The position numbers and the translations under genes are program-made. Positions 10,695 through 20,542 of a DNA stretch of 64,000 bases are shown here, in pieces. The notes below the pieces were generated by a model. The model searched no databases. It worked only from the letters and a program-made list of their open reading frames with translations, and had not been told where the DNA came from. This stretch comes from Candidatus Multivoradales bacterium. Its GTDB lineage: Bacteria > Acidobacteriota > Thermoanaerobaculia > Multivoradales > Multivoraceae. The stretch spans positions 1,056,001 through 1,120,000 of the forward strand of contig CBDCWI010000002.1 in the NCBI GenBank assembly GCA_965223325.1, given 5' to 3'. Positions within the stretch are counted from its first letter, which is position 1, and the number at the start of each line of letters is the position of its first letter.

Positions 10695-10983
10695 GGGCGG
10701 GAGGTGGAGCTTCGGGACTGCCCGCGGAGCAGTCAGACGGTAAAGGCGCAGGATCCAGCTTAGGGGTGCACGGGGTGCGGGGCGGATCAGGGTGGGCAAG
10801 TGTTTGAGCGGAGCGCCCACCCGAAGACCGGGCCGCAGAGGGCGTGATGGACCGTCGAAGTCCACCTCACTCCCGGCGAAGCGCAGCGAGTTTTACCCAC
10901 CCCCGCCCCGCGCCGCGGGCACCCCTTAGCTGGATGCGCCGGCCGTCGCGGAGCGGGCAGTCCCGAAGCTCCACCTCCCGCCC
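10695..10983. mobile_element. ~290-bp fold-back element (MITE/REPIN-like) with long inverted arms
   Basis: Perfect 31-bp inverted repeat, 10695-10725 vs 10953-10983, plus an imperfect ~40-bp inner pair (10745-10785 vs 10901-10940). No credible ORF; lies between convergent genes. Confidence 0.65.
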
Positions 10984-11027
10984 GGCGCCCTGGCACACCC
11001 TCACAATCCCGCTCTCCCCCGCATACC

Positions 11028-11090
11028 CGCCAAGCGCGAAACGCCAAGCGCCAAGCGCCAAGCGCCAAGCGCCAAGCGCCGAGCGCCGAT
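11028..11090. repeat. Heptamer tandem repeat (CGCCAAG)x9, 6 perfect
   Basis: Read directly; abuts the stop codon of the SLC13 gene at 11091. Confidence 0.92.
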
Positions 11091-13430
11091 TCAGAACGGA
11101 AAGAAGACCGGAATGATCAGAACCATCAACGCCAACAAAACGATCGTGAGTGGAGTACCAACCCGCAAGTAGTCAACACTGCGATACCCGCCAGAACCCA
11201 TCACCAACAGATTCGCCTTGTGACTAAACGGCGTCATGAAAGCAGCAGATGCGGCAACCGAAACACCCATCATCAAGGGATAAGGACTAACTCCCAACCC
11301 CTCAGCAGCCTCTAAGACCACCGGCGTCAAGAGAACGACAGCCGGCGCCCCGTCGAGCCCCTGACTGAGAGCAGAAGAAAGAACCACCAACGCTGCAAGC
11401 ACAACCGTAGGCCCCATCGGCCCAGCGCCGTCGATAATCCCACTCGCCATCAAACTCGCCGCCCCGCTCGACTCCATCGCCGAACCCACCGGCAACACCG
11501 CAGCGACGAGAAAAATCGCCCGCCACTCGATCGCCAGGTACGCCTCGTTCATCGTGAGCGCGCCCGACAGGAGCACTAACGACGCGGCAGTGAAAGCAGC
11601 CACCTGAATCGGTTGGATCCCGAAGATCACCAGACCGATCATCAAGAACAGGCCCCCGATCGCCCACACCGCCTTTCCCGAGCGGCGCTGCCCCACTGCA
11701 TCAGAGAGCACGACAAAGTCGCGATCAGAGCTGAACAACGCCAGGCGGTCGTGCGGCCCGCGCAACAGAAGGGCATCGCCAACGGCCAGCTTGAGGTCGG
11801 AGAGGCCCTCACGAATCGGTCGCCCCTCGCGCCAGAGGCCGAGAACGTGCAGGCCATGGCGCTCGCGAAAACCGATGTCGGAAAGGGTCCTGCCGTTGAC
11901 CGTCGAGCGCGGCGCAACGGTTGCTTCGAGAACCCCGATCTCACCCGTCTGCAAGCGCGTATCGGGCACACCATCCTCCAGGCGCACGTCACCGAGAGCC
12001 AGGAGGCCGGTCACCCGCGGGCGCTCGCCCGAAACCAGCAGCCGATCGCCGGCCTCGAGCACCTCTTCGGGAAGGGCTGGGATCGGCGGCGCCTGACCGC
12101 GCATGATAGCGACCACCGTCAGGCCCATCAGCTCGCCCATGCGACTTCGGCCGACCGAACTGCCGACCAACGGCGACGCTTCCGGCAGGCGCAACACAAA
12201 GAACGGTTGACCCGGGGTGCGACGGACCGACTGCACTCCGGTTTCGAGAACCTCGACGTCCGGCATGCGGACCAACGCCTCGACCCGGCGCTCGGTACCC
12301 AGTCCGACGATGACATCGCCGAGCTCGAGATCGACCTGCGCCAGGCTGTCGCGAAAGACCTGTTCGCCGCGCTCGATCGCCACCACAATGACCCCGAAGC
12401 GCTCGCGAAAGCCGACTTCGCGCAGAGACCTGCCGACGAACCATGAGCCTTCCGGAAGGCGCGCGCGCAGACCACTGATGCCCGGCGGGGGCCGTAGGTC
12501 GCGCGTGATCGGATCTTCCACGTCAATGCCCTGAATCGCCAGCAGCTCGCGCAACTCTGCCAGGCCACCTTGCAAGAGAAGCTCGTCGTTTGCCTGCAGG
12601 GCGGTCTCCCGCGACGGTGCGATCTCGTCCTTGCCGTCCCGCAGAATGGAAACAATCTGAATGCCCAGCGAGTTCCCGAGTCGACTCTCGCCCAGGGTCA
12701 TGCCATCGAGCCGTGACGATGGCGGCACCGTGATCCGAAACAGGCTTTCCTGGAGCTGGTAGATGTCCGAAAGGTTGGGCCCTCCGTCTTCGCCCACTTC
12801 GATCCCGGCCGCAGTTTGTTCGCCTGGCAGGAGCTTGCGACCGATGGTGATCATGTAGAGGATGCCTACCGCCAGCAGCGAGAGCCCTACCGGTGCGAAG
12901 TCGAACAGCGCGAACGGCTCCATGCCACGCTCTTCGAGCATTGCACCAGCGAGGATGTTCGGCGGCGTGCCAACCAGGGTCGTGGTACCGCCGAGAATGG
13001 CGCCAAAGGCGAGGGGCATGAAGAGTCGCGAAGGAGGCAGGCCGGCACGGCGGCCGAGAGCTGCGACCGCCGGCATCAGCACCGCCGTCGCGGCGATGTT
13101 GTTCATGAAGGCCGACAACACCCCCGCCGCCAACATGACGGTGACCGAGAGCGTGATCTCCTTGCTCCCCACCCAACGATGGATTCGCGAGCCGAGTGCG
13201 TCGGCCACCCCGGTCTCTAGCAACGCTGCACTGATCACGAAGATCGACAGCATGGTGATCACCGCCGGCGAGGCAAAACCCTGAAAGGCGTCTGCCGGGG
13301 TGACGTAGCCGGCAAAGATCAACACCACGAGCCCAAGGAAAGCCGTCAGGTCGATCGGTAGCCACTCGGTCAGGAAGAGAATGACCATCGCGGCAAGCAC
13401 GGCGAACAGAAAACCGATCTCGAAAGTCAT
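11091..13430 (-). CDS. SLC13/CitM-type permease with four TrkA-C (RCK_C) domains
   Basis: SAFMNNIA, GGTTTLVGTPPNIL, four SxxxGxxL RCK_C units, AAFMTPFSH, GGYRSVDYLRVG; start MTFEIGFLF. Confidence 0.92.
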   Translation of the reverse strand: MTFEIGFLFAVLAAMVILFLTEWLPIDLTAFLGLVVLIFAGYVTPADAFQGFASPAVITMLSIFVISAALLETGVADALGSRIHRWVGSKEITLSVTVMLAAGVLSAFMNNIAATAVLMPAVAALGRRAGLPPSRLFMPLAFGAILGGTTTLVGTPPNILAGAMLEERGMEPFALFDFAPVGLSLLAVGILYMITIGRKLLPGEQTAAGIEVGEDGGPNLSDIYQLQESLFRITVPPSSRLDGMTLGESRLGNSLGIQIVSILRDGKDEIAPSRETALQANDELLLQGGLAELRELLAIQGIDVEDPITRDLRPPPGISGLRARLPEGSWFVGRSLREVGFRERFGVIVVAIERGEQVFRDSLAQVDLELGDVIVGLGTERRVEALVRMPDVEVLETGVQSVRRTPGQPFFVLRLPEASPLVGSSVGRSRMGELMGLTVVAIMRGQAPPIPALPEEVLEAGDRLLVSGERPRVTGLLALGDVRLEDGVPDTRLQTGEIGVLEATVAPRSTVNGRTLSDIGFRERHGLHVLGLWREGRPIREGLSDLKLAVGDALLLRGPHDRLALFSSDRDFVVLSDAVGQRRSGKAVWAIGGLFLMIGLVIFGIQPIQVAAFTAASLVLLSGALTMNEAYLAIEWRAIFLVAAVLPVGSAMESSGAASLMASGIIDGAGPMGPTVVLAALVVLSSALSQGLDGAPAVVLLTPVVLEAAEGLGVSPYPLMMGVSVAASAAFMTPFSHKANLLVMGSGGYRSVDYLRVGTPLTIVLLALMVLIIPVFFPF

Positions 13431-13529
13431 GACTGGCCTGAGGGTTCTGTGGGGCGAGGCACGCAACGACGCCACGTGAGCGCCGACTGAGGCCGTCGCT
13501 GCACGGGCGCGATTGTAGTATGCGTTGCC

Positions 13530-15528
13530 ATGCACACTCTCCGGGTCCTCTTTTCGGCGTTCTACATCGTCTGCCTCGCAGGTGCTCCAGCGACCTCCCA
13601 GTCCAGCGCGGCCGTGGACCAGGAAGGGCGCGCGCCGTTCATCTACAGGCTTTCGTTCCCCGACCGCGCCCACCATCTGGCCGAGATCGAAGCGGTCTTC
13701 CAAGATCTTGCTCCCGGCACCCTCGAAGTCCGTATGAGCCGCACCTCACCGGGCCGCTATGCGCTGCACGAGTTCGCCAAGAACATCCAGGACGTCCGGA
13801 TCACCAACAACCTGGGAACGGCGCTTTCGTTCGACCGTCCAGACCCTCACCAATGGACCATCACCCACCAGGGGACAGTGCGCTTTCGTTACCGCCTCTA
13901 TGGCGACCGCACCGATGGTACCTACACCGCCATCGACCGCAGCCACGCTCACCTGAACATTCCGGCGACCCTGGTCTGGGTGCGCGGTCATGACAACCGG
14001 CGAATCGAAGTCCACGTCGACGCCCCCGACGGCTGGCGAATCGCGACCCAGCTTCCGCCGGTTGGCGACGACCCGCTGGTTCGGGAGGCCCCAGACCTCG
14101 CCATTCTCATGGACAGCCCGATCGAGATCTCCGAGCACCGCCTGTACGCGTTCGAGGTCGCGTCTTTCGGGCCAACCCAGACCATCGAAGTCGCCCTGCA
14201 TCACGCTGGCGACGAGAACCACGCCGAGGCCTGGGTCGCCCGAGTCGAGCGCATCGTCCTCGAGACCGCGGCCATCTTTGGCGAGCTGCCAGCCTTCGAC
14301 TACGGTCGCTACACGTTTCTGGCCGACTATCTGCCAGCCGCCTCGGGCGACGGCATGGAGCATCGCAACTCGACGATTCTCACCAGCTCGAGCGGTCTCG
14401 AAGAGAACAGTCTCGGTCTCCTCGGAACCGTCGCTCACGAGTTCGTCCACGCCTGGAACATCGAACGCCTGAGACCGCGCTCGCTCGAACCCTTCGACTT
14501 CGAAGACGCCGATATGTCCGATGCCCTCTGGTTTGGCGAAGGCTTCACCAGCTACCTCGATGATCTGATCTTGAAACGCGCCGGCATCCTCAACCTCGAC
14601 CAGTTCGCCGGCCGTCTCGGCCGCACCATTGACGCGATCGAGAACTCAAGCGGCCCCGATCATCGTTCGCCGGTCGAGATGAGCCGTCGCGCACCGTTCG
14701 TCGATGCCGCCACCTGGGTCGACCCGACCTCGTTCTCCAACACCTTCCTGTCGTACTACACCTGGGGCGCCGGCCTCGGTGCAGCACTCGATCTCGAACT
14801 ACGTCGCGATCACGACTCGAGCCTCGACGCCTATTTACAGAAACTCTGGCGCGACTTCGGTGCTAACGAAGAACCGTACGAGCTGACCGACCTCGAGGGC
14901 GCCCTTGCCGCTCTGGTTTCCAACCCACGGTGGGCCAACCAGTGGTTCGAGCGCCATGTATACGGGCAGGAGCGACCGAACTGGCCAGCACTCCTCGCAC
15001 CCGCCGGCATGACCCTACGAAAAGCGAAGCCCTCCGGGGCATGGATTGGCACCAGCGGCATCGGCGCGCCGCAACTCATGTGCAAACCAGAGGGCTGCCA
15101 GCTCACCAGCTCGCCACGTAAGGGATCACCACTCTGGACCGCAGGCCTCGATCGCGGCGACACCCTCGTCGCCCTCGAAGGAGCGGCGCTGGGTAGCAAG
15201 AACGACGTGCAAGAAGCAGTGGCCACACTGACGCCAGAAACCACCGCGATGGCCATCGTGCGCTGGCGCCACGAAGAAAGAAAACCGCCAGGTCGACCTG
15301 GCAGTCCAGGGAGACCCTCTCCTAGAGGTCGTGCCGTCGGAACACCTGGGAGAGAAGGTCACCGCAGAAGCAGCAGCTTTTCGTCGGGCATGGCTAGCCA
15401 CTCGCGCACCAGCAGCGAAGCCCCTACAGCGCTACTGCCCAACTGGCACACGCAGCTACCCCGAAGGCACCAGCTATTGCCCCATTCACGGCGACAAGCT
15501 CACCATCGCCCCCCCAACAAGGCCGTGA
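13530..15528 (+). CDS. M61 glycyl aminopeptidase with PDZ domain; +1 frameshift near 15280
   Basis: Signal peptide; GMEHRNST; HEFVHAWN; WFGEGFTSY; AGLDRGD PDZ. The family-like tail DPLLEVVPSEHLGEKVTAEAAAFRRAWL continues in the next frame after GAAGAAAGAAAACC. Confidence 0.88.
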
Positions 15529-15609
15529 GACCGGCTGCTCCACGCACGCGCGATCGAAGTTCGAAATCCGCCCAACGCGACCGCCACGGAGAGTTCCGCA
15601 GAGCAGATC

Positions 15610-16626
15610 ACCGTCCCGAATCGAAAGAACAGGTCCATCGAAGGCACGAATCCGCGGCGCGCGACGGAACAACGAAGTCCAAGATCGCCACTGCAGGGCG
15701 ACCACCCGAAAAAGGCGGCCCACGCAACGGACCGCTTGCGCCGCAAATGTGACGACTAGTTATCCCCGTGGTAAACGACGAATCAACATCGCGACGCCAC
15801 AACTACCCTGCACACCCCATCCGAAGAGGACGCCCGACCGACTAACGGTTGAGGCCGGAGTTGCAGTCCTGAACCGAACGAACCGTTCCATCGAAGGCAC
15901 GAATCCGCGGCGCGCGAAGGAACAACGAAGTCCAAGATCGCCACTCCAGGGCGACCACCCGAAAAAGGCGGCCCACGCAACGGACCGCTTGCGCCGCAAA
16001 TGTGACGACTAGTTATCCCCGTGGTAAACGACGAATCAACATCGCGACGCCACCACTCCGTGCACACCCCTTCCAACGAAGCACGCCCGCCACCGCCCAA
16101 CAGTTGAGGCGAGAGTCGCAGTCTTGAACCGAACGAACCGTTCCATCGAAGGCACGAATCCGCGGCGCGCGAAGGAACAACGAAGTCCAAGATCGCCACT
16201 CCAGGGCGACCACCCGAAAAAGGCGGCCCACGCAACGGACCGCTTGCGCCGCAAATGTGACGACTAGTTATCCCCGTGGTAAACGACGAATCAACATCGC
16301 GACGCCATAACTACCCTGCACACCCCATCCGAAGAGGCACGCCCGACCACCTAACGGTTGAGGCCGGAGTTGCAGTACTGAACCGAACGAACCGTTCCAT
16401 CGAAGGCACGAATCCGCGGCGCGCGAAGGAACAACGAAGTCCAAGATCGCCACTGCAGGGCGACCACCCGAAAAAGGCGGCCCACGCAACGGACCGCTTG
16501 CGCCGCAAATGTGAGGACTAGTTATCCCCGTGGTAAACGACCAACCAGCCTCGCGACGCCACCACTCTGTGCACACCCCTTCCAACGAGGCACGCCCACA
16601 AAGGCGTTAACCACGGGGATAACTAG
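15610..16626. repeat. Tandem array 1: ~4 x 254-bp units (A-B-A-B variants) ending in an inverted CTAG arm
   Basis: CTAGTTATCCCCGTGG at 15756, 16009, 16264 and 16518; its reverse complement CCACGGGGATAACTAG at 16611-16626. Confidence 0.95.
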
Positions 16627-17189
16627 TTCGTGAGCGCCGTCACATCATGTGACATCACGACCAGATCATGGGTGTTCCCCTGGCGATCAATGACCCAATC
16701 CGTCAGGAGCGCCTCGGCATTGAACCCCAGCGAGCGGAACATCTCCTGTGCCGCGACCTGCTCACGCGCCATCCTCGCGATGACCTTGACCAGCCCCAGC
16801 GATTCGGCGACCTGGAAGACCTCACGCGCCATGCGCGTCCCGAGGCCCTGCCCTCGACCACCGGCAGCCACGACGACCCGCACCTCGCCCAGGTGGCGCA
16901 TCCACGGTAGACCCTGCCGGTTGACGCTGGCATAGGCCAGCACTGCACCGCTGTCGTCACACGCCAGGAGGGTGACCTTCTGGTTCTCGGCCTGTTCCTC
17001 GATCAGGTTCTGAACGACGCCCGCCTGGGTGATATCGACCCGCAGGAACATCAGGTCATCGGGCTCGAGGCCGCGCGCGAAGTCGAGGAAGGCGTCCTTG
17101 GTCTCGGGACCAAGGCGCGTGATCTGGACCGAGCCTTTGCCGGTCTTGAGTTTGCGCGGGTACTGGCGATCGAGTGCAACGGACTTCAT
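16623..17189 (-). CDS. GNAT N-acetyltransferase (paralog 1)
   Basis: Acetyl-CoA motif RGQGLG; FRSLGF; DLVVM; clearly similar to 22300-22908. Confidence 0.9.
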   Translation of the reverse strand: MKSVALDRQYPRKLKTGKGSVQITRLGPETKDAFLDFARGLEPDDLMFLRVDITQAGVVQNLIEEQAENQKVTLLACDDSGAVLAYASVNRQGLPWMRHLGEVRVVVAAGGRGQGLGTRMAREVFQVAESLGLVKVIARMAREQVAAQEMFRSLGFNAEALLTDWVIDRQGNTHDLVVMSHDVTALTN

Positions 17190-17441
17190 GGTGTTCTTCC
17201 TCGCTTGGAGATATGGCCGTCACTGTCTCGAAAGCCGCGACTCGAACGTCGCTCGCGAGTTGATTGGCCGACACGTGTTGCTAAAACCTGAGAAGCAGTA
17301 TAGCCCTCTGTGATACCTTCGCGGCCCGCAAATCGAGGAGGTTGGCGGGCGCCCTTCGGCCAGGAACTCCACCCGGGAACCTACCCACGGTCTGCCTCTG
17401 ACCCGTCGCCCGACCTCCCCCACTCCAGAGAGAAAGACGTT

Positions 17442-19100
17442 TTGTCGCACCCGCGCCACCACGGTCGTCTCACCTCGACCGACGCCTCGTTCCTGTACCT
17501 CGAGCGCGATGAAGCGCCCATGCACATTGGCGCCGTCTGCCGTCTCGACGGCGAGGTTCCCTATGAGGCCTACAAAGCTAGCGTTGAGGCGAAGCTGGCG
17601 CGCCTGCCGCGCTTTCGCGAGCGCGTCGTCCAGGCGCCGCTCTTCCTCGGGCACCCCACCTGGGAGACCGATCACGACTTCGACATCTCGAACCACGTGC
17701 TGCTCCACGAGGTGCCGGCGCCGGGAAACGAGAAGGCGATGTCGGCCGTCATCAACGAGATCATCGCGACGCCACTCGACCGCAGTCGACCGCTCTGGGA
17801 GCTCCACATTCTTCACGGACTACGCGACGGTACGTCGACCATCGTGTCGAAAGTGCACCACGCGATGGTCGACGGTGTGGGCGGAAACGCCATCCTGACG
17901 ACCATTCTCGATCTCAACCCGCGGGCCGAGATTCCACAGTACGAAGACGACTACGAGCCCTCCGAACCGGGTTCGACTGGCACCCGCGTCCTCGACGCCC
18001 TGTGGGACTCCGCCCGCTCGGCCCTCGACTCGATGTACGAGTACCAGACGGCCACCTTCGAGGGTCTGCGCTCGTTTGACCGTCACCGCCTCACCAACAC
18101 CCTCGAGTTGATCCGCGAGGCGGCTCCCGAGCTCGCCCGACCGCCACGGCGCTTGCCGTTCAACGGGCGCTGCAAGGGAGAGCGCTCCCTGGTGTGGACC
18201 GAGTTCTCGTTTGCCGAAGCGCGCGCCGTTCGCAGCGCACTAGGCGGCACGGTCAACGACCTGATTCTCTCGTGCCTGGCCGGCGCGGTCGGGCGCTACT
18301 CTGAGGAGCACGGGGTCAAGACTCGCGGCCGAACCATGCGCGTCATGGTCCCGGTCAATGTGCGACCCGCCGACGCGGATGCCGATCTCGGCAACCTGGT
18401 TTCGGTGCTGCCCGTCGATCTGCCGCTCGACGTGAAAGATGTGCGCCATCGCATTGGGCTTATCCGCGAACGCACCCGCGTGCTCAAGCGCGGCCGCGTG
18501 GCGGAGGGCGTCAACGTCATGACCAGTCTGCTCGGTGCAGTTCCACCACCGCTGCAGGCGGGAGCCGGCGCCCTCGCCGCTTCACCCTTCCCGGTCTTCA
18601 ACATCGTCTGCACGAATGTTCCGGGCCCCCAGATTCCGCTCTACGCCCTCGGCCACCGCCTGCTGGCCTACTACCCGTATGTGCCCGTCGGCTTCGACAT
18701 GGGCGTCGGCTGCGCCATCTTCAGTTACGACCAGACGCTGCACGTCGGCTTCAACAGCGATACCAATGCCTGTCCCGATGTCGAGGTGCTGCGCGATGCC
18801 TTCGACGCCGAGCTAGAAAACGTTCGCCAGACTGCCGGCGTGCAGGCAATCCCCAAGATCGTGATCGGCAAGACCGCGCCGAAGACCGGCTCCTCGAGAA
18901 AGAACGCTCGCCCAGCCACAAGAAAGGCCAAGACCGGATCGACCGCTGCTAAGAAAGTCGCCAAAAAGGCCAAAAAGAAGGCAGCGAAAAAGAACGCTCG
19001 TAAGAAGCCGGCGAAGAAGCCAGCCAGAAAAAGCGGCGGCAAGAAGACGACGAAGAAGCGCACCAGGAAGAAGACGGCGGCGCGCAAGAAGCGCGCCTGA
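17442..19100 (+). CDS. Wax ester synthase/diacylglycerol acyltransferase (WS/DGAT) with C-terminal Lys/Ala-rich tail
   Basis: DASFLYLE...PMHIG; PLDRSRPLWE; catalytic HHAMVDG; TVNDL; TNVPGP. Tail reads KKVAKKAKKKAAKK... TTG start at 17442 inferred (ORF track 17310). Confidence 0.92.
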   Translation: MSHPRHHGRLTSTDASFLYLERDEAPMHIGAVCRLDGEVPYEAYKASVEAKLARLPRFRERVVQAPLFLGHPTWETDHDFDISNHVLLHEVPAPGNEKAMSAVINEIIATPLDRSRPLWELHILHGLRDGTSTIVSKVHHAMVDGVGGNAILTTILDLNPRAEIPQYEDDYEPSEPGSTGTRVLDALWDSARSALDSMYEYQTATFEGLRSFDRHRLTNTLELIREAAPELARPPRRLPFNGRCKGERSLVWTEFSFAEARAVRSALGGTVNDLILSCLAGAVGRYSEEHGVKTRGRTMRVMVPVNVRPADADADLGNLVSVLPVDLPLDVKDVRHRIGLIRERTRVLKRGRVAEGVNVMTSLLGAVPPPLQAGAGALAASPFPVFNIVCTNVPGPQIPLYALGHRLLAYYPYVPVGFDMGVGCAIFSYDQTLHVGFNSDTNACPDVEVLRDAFDAELENVRQTAGVQAIPKIVIGKTAPKTGSSRKNARPATRKAKTGSTAAKKVAKKAKKKAAKKNARKKPAKKPARKSGGKKTTKKRTRKKTAARKKRA

Positions 19101-19163
19101 AGCGAAGTCTCCCGGGCCCGGCTTCTCTTCGGACCGAGGCCCGTCGGGAGCAGCGACCTAGCA

Positions 19164-19718
19164 CTAACCTTCGCGCAGCCGATCTTCGATTTCTTCGAGC
19201 CGCCGACGTAGCTCCGCCAACTCGAGCGCCGCGTCGTTCACCTGCTCCTCAGGAGTCATCGGCTCTGCCTCGCTGGGTTTCGGAGGCGCCGGCCGGCGCG
19301 CGGCGCGAGTTGCCTTCATGAAGCCCCGCGCAGCGCCCAGCGGGTCGAGCATGCGCATCCACAGTTCTTGTTGACTGGCGGCCGCGGCCTGCGGACCTGC
19401 CTTCCAGCCCTCGCGAATTTTCTCCCATACCTCCGAAGCCGTACCCAGATACCACTCGAGAAAGTCGCGCTGGCCGGAACCCGCACGCACGAAGTCGCGC
19501 AGAAAGTCGACCGACGGCCCCTGGCCGCCGGCTTTGGATTCCTCGACGATGATCTGGGTGAGTACGTGGCGGGTGATGTCTTCCTCGGTCGCTCGGTCGA
19601 TCACCTGGACCTCTTCACCGTCGCGAACCAGCTGCGCCACACCCTCGAGGTTGATGTAGCTGCTGGTTTCGGTGTCGTAAAGGCGCCGATTCTCGTACTT
19701 CTTGATGACACGTGCCAT
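19164..19718 (-). CDS. phaR: PHA synthesis regulator PhaR
   Basis: MARVIKKYENRRLYDTETSSYINL...EDITRHVLTQII is the PhaR N-terminal DNA-binding signature. Confidence 0.92.
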   Translation of the reverse strand: MARVIKKYENRRLYDTETSSYINLEGVAQLVRDGEEVQVIDRATEEDITRHVLTQIIVEESKAGGQGPSVDFLRDFVRAGSGQRDFLEWYLGTASEVWEKIREGWKAGPQAAAASQQELWMRMLDPLGAARGFMKATRAARRPAPPKPSEAEPMTPEEQVNDAALELAELRRRLEEIEDRLREG

Positions 19719-19759
19719 AGGGGGGCCCTTTGTTGCGCCGCACACACGGGAGGTTGGTG

Positions 19760-19895
19760 CTGCGATGCAAAAAATATCAGAATCTCGCCGAAAAGTGCTT
19801 GACAAGTCATTCAGGGGTCCATACGATAATGCTGCATCGCAACATTGCTGCCTCAGAAGGCCTCTGATTCTGCAGCGCAGCATACTGCACCGCAA
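19760..19895 (+). promoter_or_regulatory. Sigma70-like promoter of the phasin gene with four PhaR-type boxes
   Basis: TTGACA (19799)-17 nt-TACGAT (19822); CTGC-N3-GCA(G/A) at 19760, 19832, 19870 and 19885 in the phaR/phasin divergent spacer. Confidence 0.7.
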
Positions 19896-19989
19896 AACGC
19901 CTCGGTCAACCGAGGCTGTGGCCCCGGACCAGACCTCCGGACCCGTGATCTAGAACCCAACCAAACCCCATTTCAAGGAGACCTCCACC

Positions 19990-20316
19990 ATGGCCAAGAA
20001 GACCACCACCAAGAAGAGCACCAAGAAGACCGCCAAGCCGGCCACCAGCAAGGCAGTCGAGTTCCAGCAGAAGCTCCTCGAACGCCAGCAGAACGCCTTC
20101 GATCGCACCTTCGAGGCGATCACCAACCTGCAGGAGCGCTCGGAAGACCGCGTCAATGGTTGGCTCGAGGACTCGAAGTACGTCCCCGAAGAGATCGCCG
20201 AGATGGCTGGCGTGTGGACCACCACTGCCCGCACGGCGCGCACCCACTACCGCAACAGCGTCGTCAAGAGCTACGAGCTCGCCGGCGAGATGGTGGGCAA
20301 CTTCGGTCGCTCATGA
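19990..20316 (+). CDS. Phasin-like granule protein with Lys-rich N-terminus
   Basis: Strong AAGGAG RBS; small amphipathic helical protein divergent from phaR; begins MAKKTTTKKSTKKTAKP; own terminator. Confidence 0.65.
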   Translation: MAKKTTTKKSTKKTAKPATSKAVEFQQKLLERQQNAFDRTFEAITNLQERSEDRVNGWLEDSKYVPEEIAEMAGVWTTTARTARTHYRNSVVKSYELAGEMVGNFGRS

Positions 20317-20372
20317 AGACCGCCGGGCGCACTTCGTAGACCTTGTCGCGATGTGAGCCTTGTTCGTCTCTT

Positions 20373-20405
20373 CAAAGCCCCCGCCTGAGGTGGGGGCTTT
20401 GTTTT
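20373..20405 (+). terminator. Rho-independent terminator
   Basis: CAAAGCCCCCGCC-TGA-GGTGGGGGCTTTG followed by TTTT. Confidence 0.85.
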
Positions 20406-20542
20406 ACCTACTGGTTGACGTCCTGGCGACCCTAACCCAGCAAGAAAGCGTGTTGCCGTTGCTAGAGCGGAGCGGTAGCCTGACGTTCAACCAGCAACAC
20501 GAACAGAAGAGTCCCCGTTGGGGCAAGAAGAGGAGTCACCTG

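Noticed and set aside
15529-15752. M61 C-terminal extension to 15752
   Set aside because: Results from the frameshift reading into the repeat array.
15749-16585. Repeated short ORFs in array 1 (MRRKRSVAW..., MTTSYPRG...)
   Set aside because: Indels between units break the frames, there is no RBS, and frames are not conserved in the related loci.
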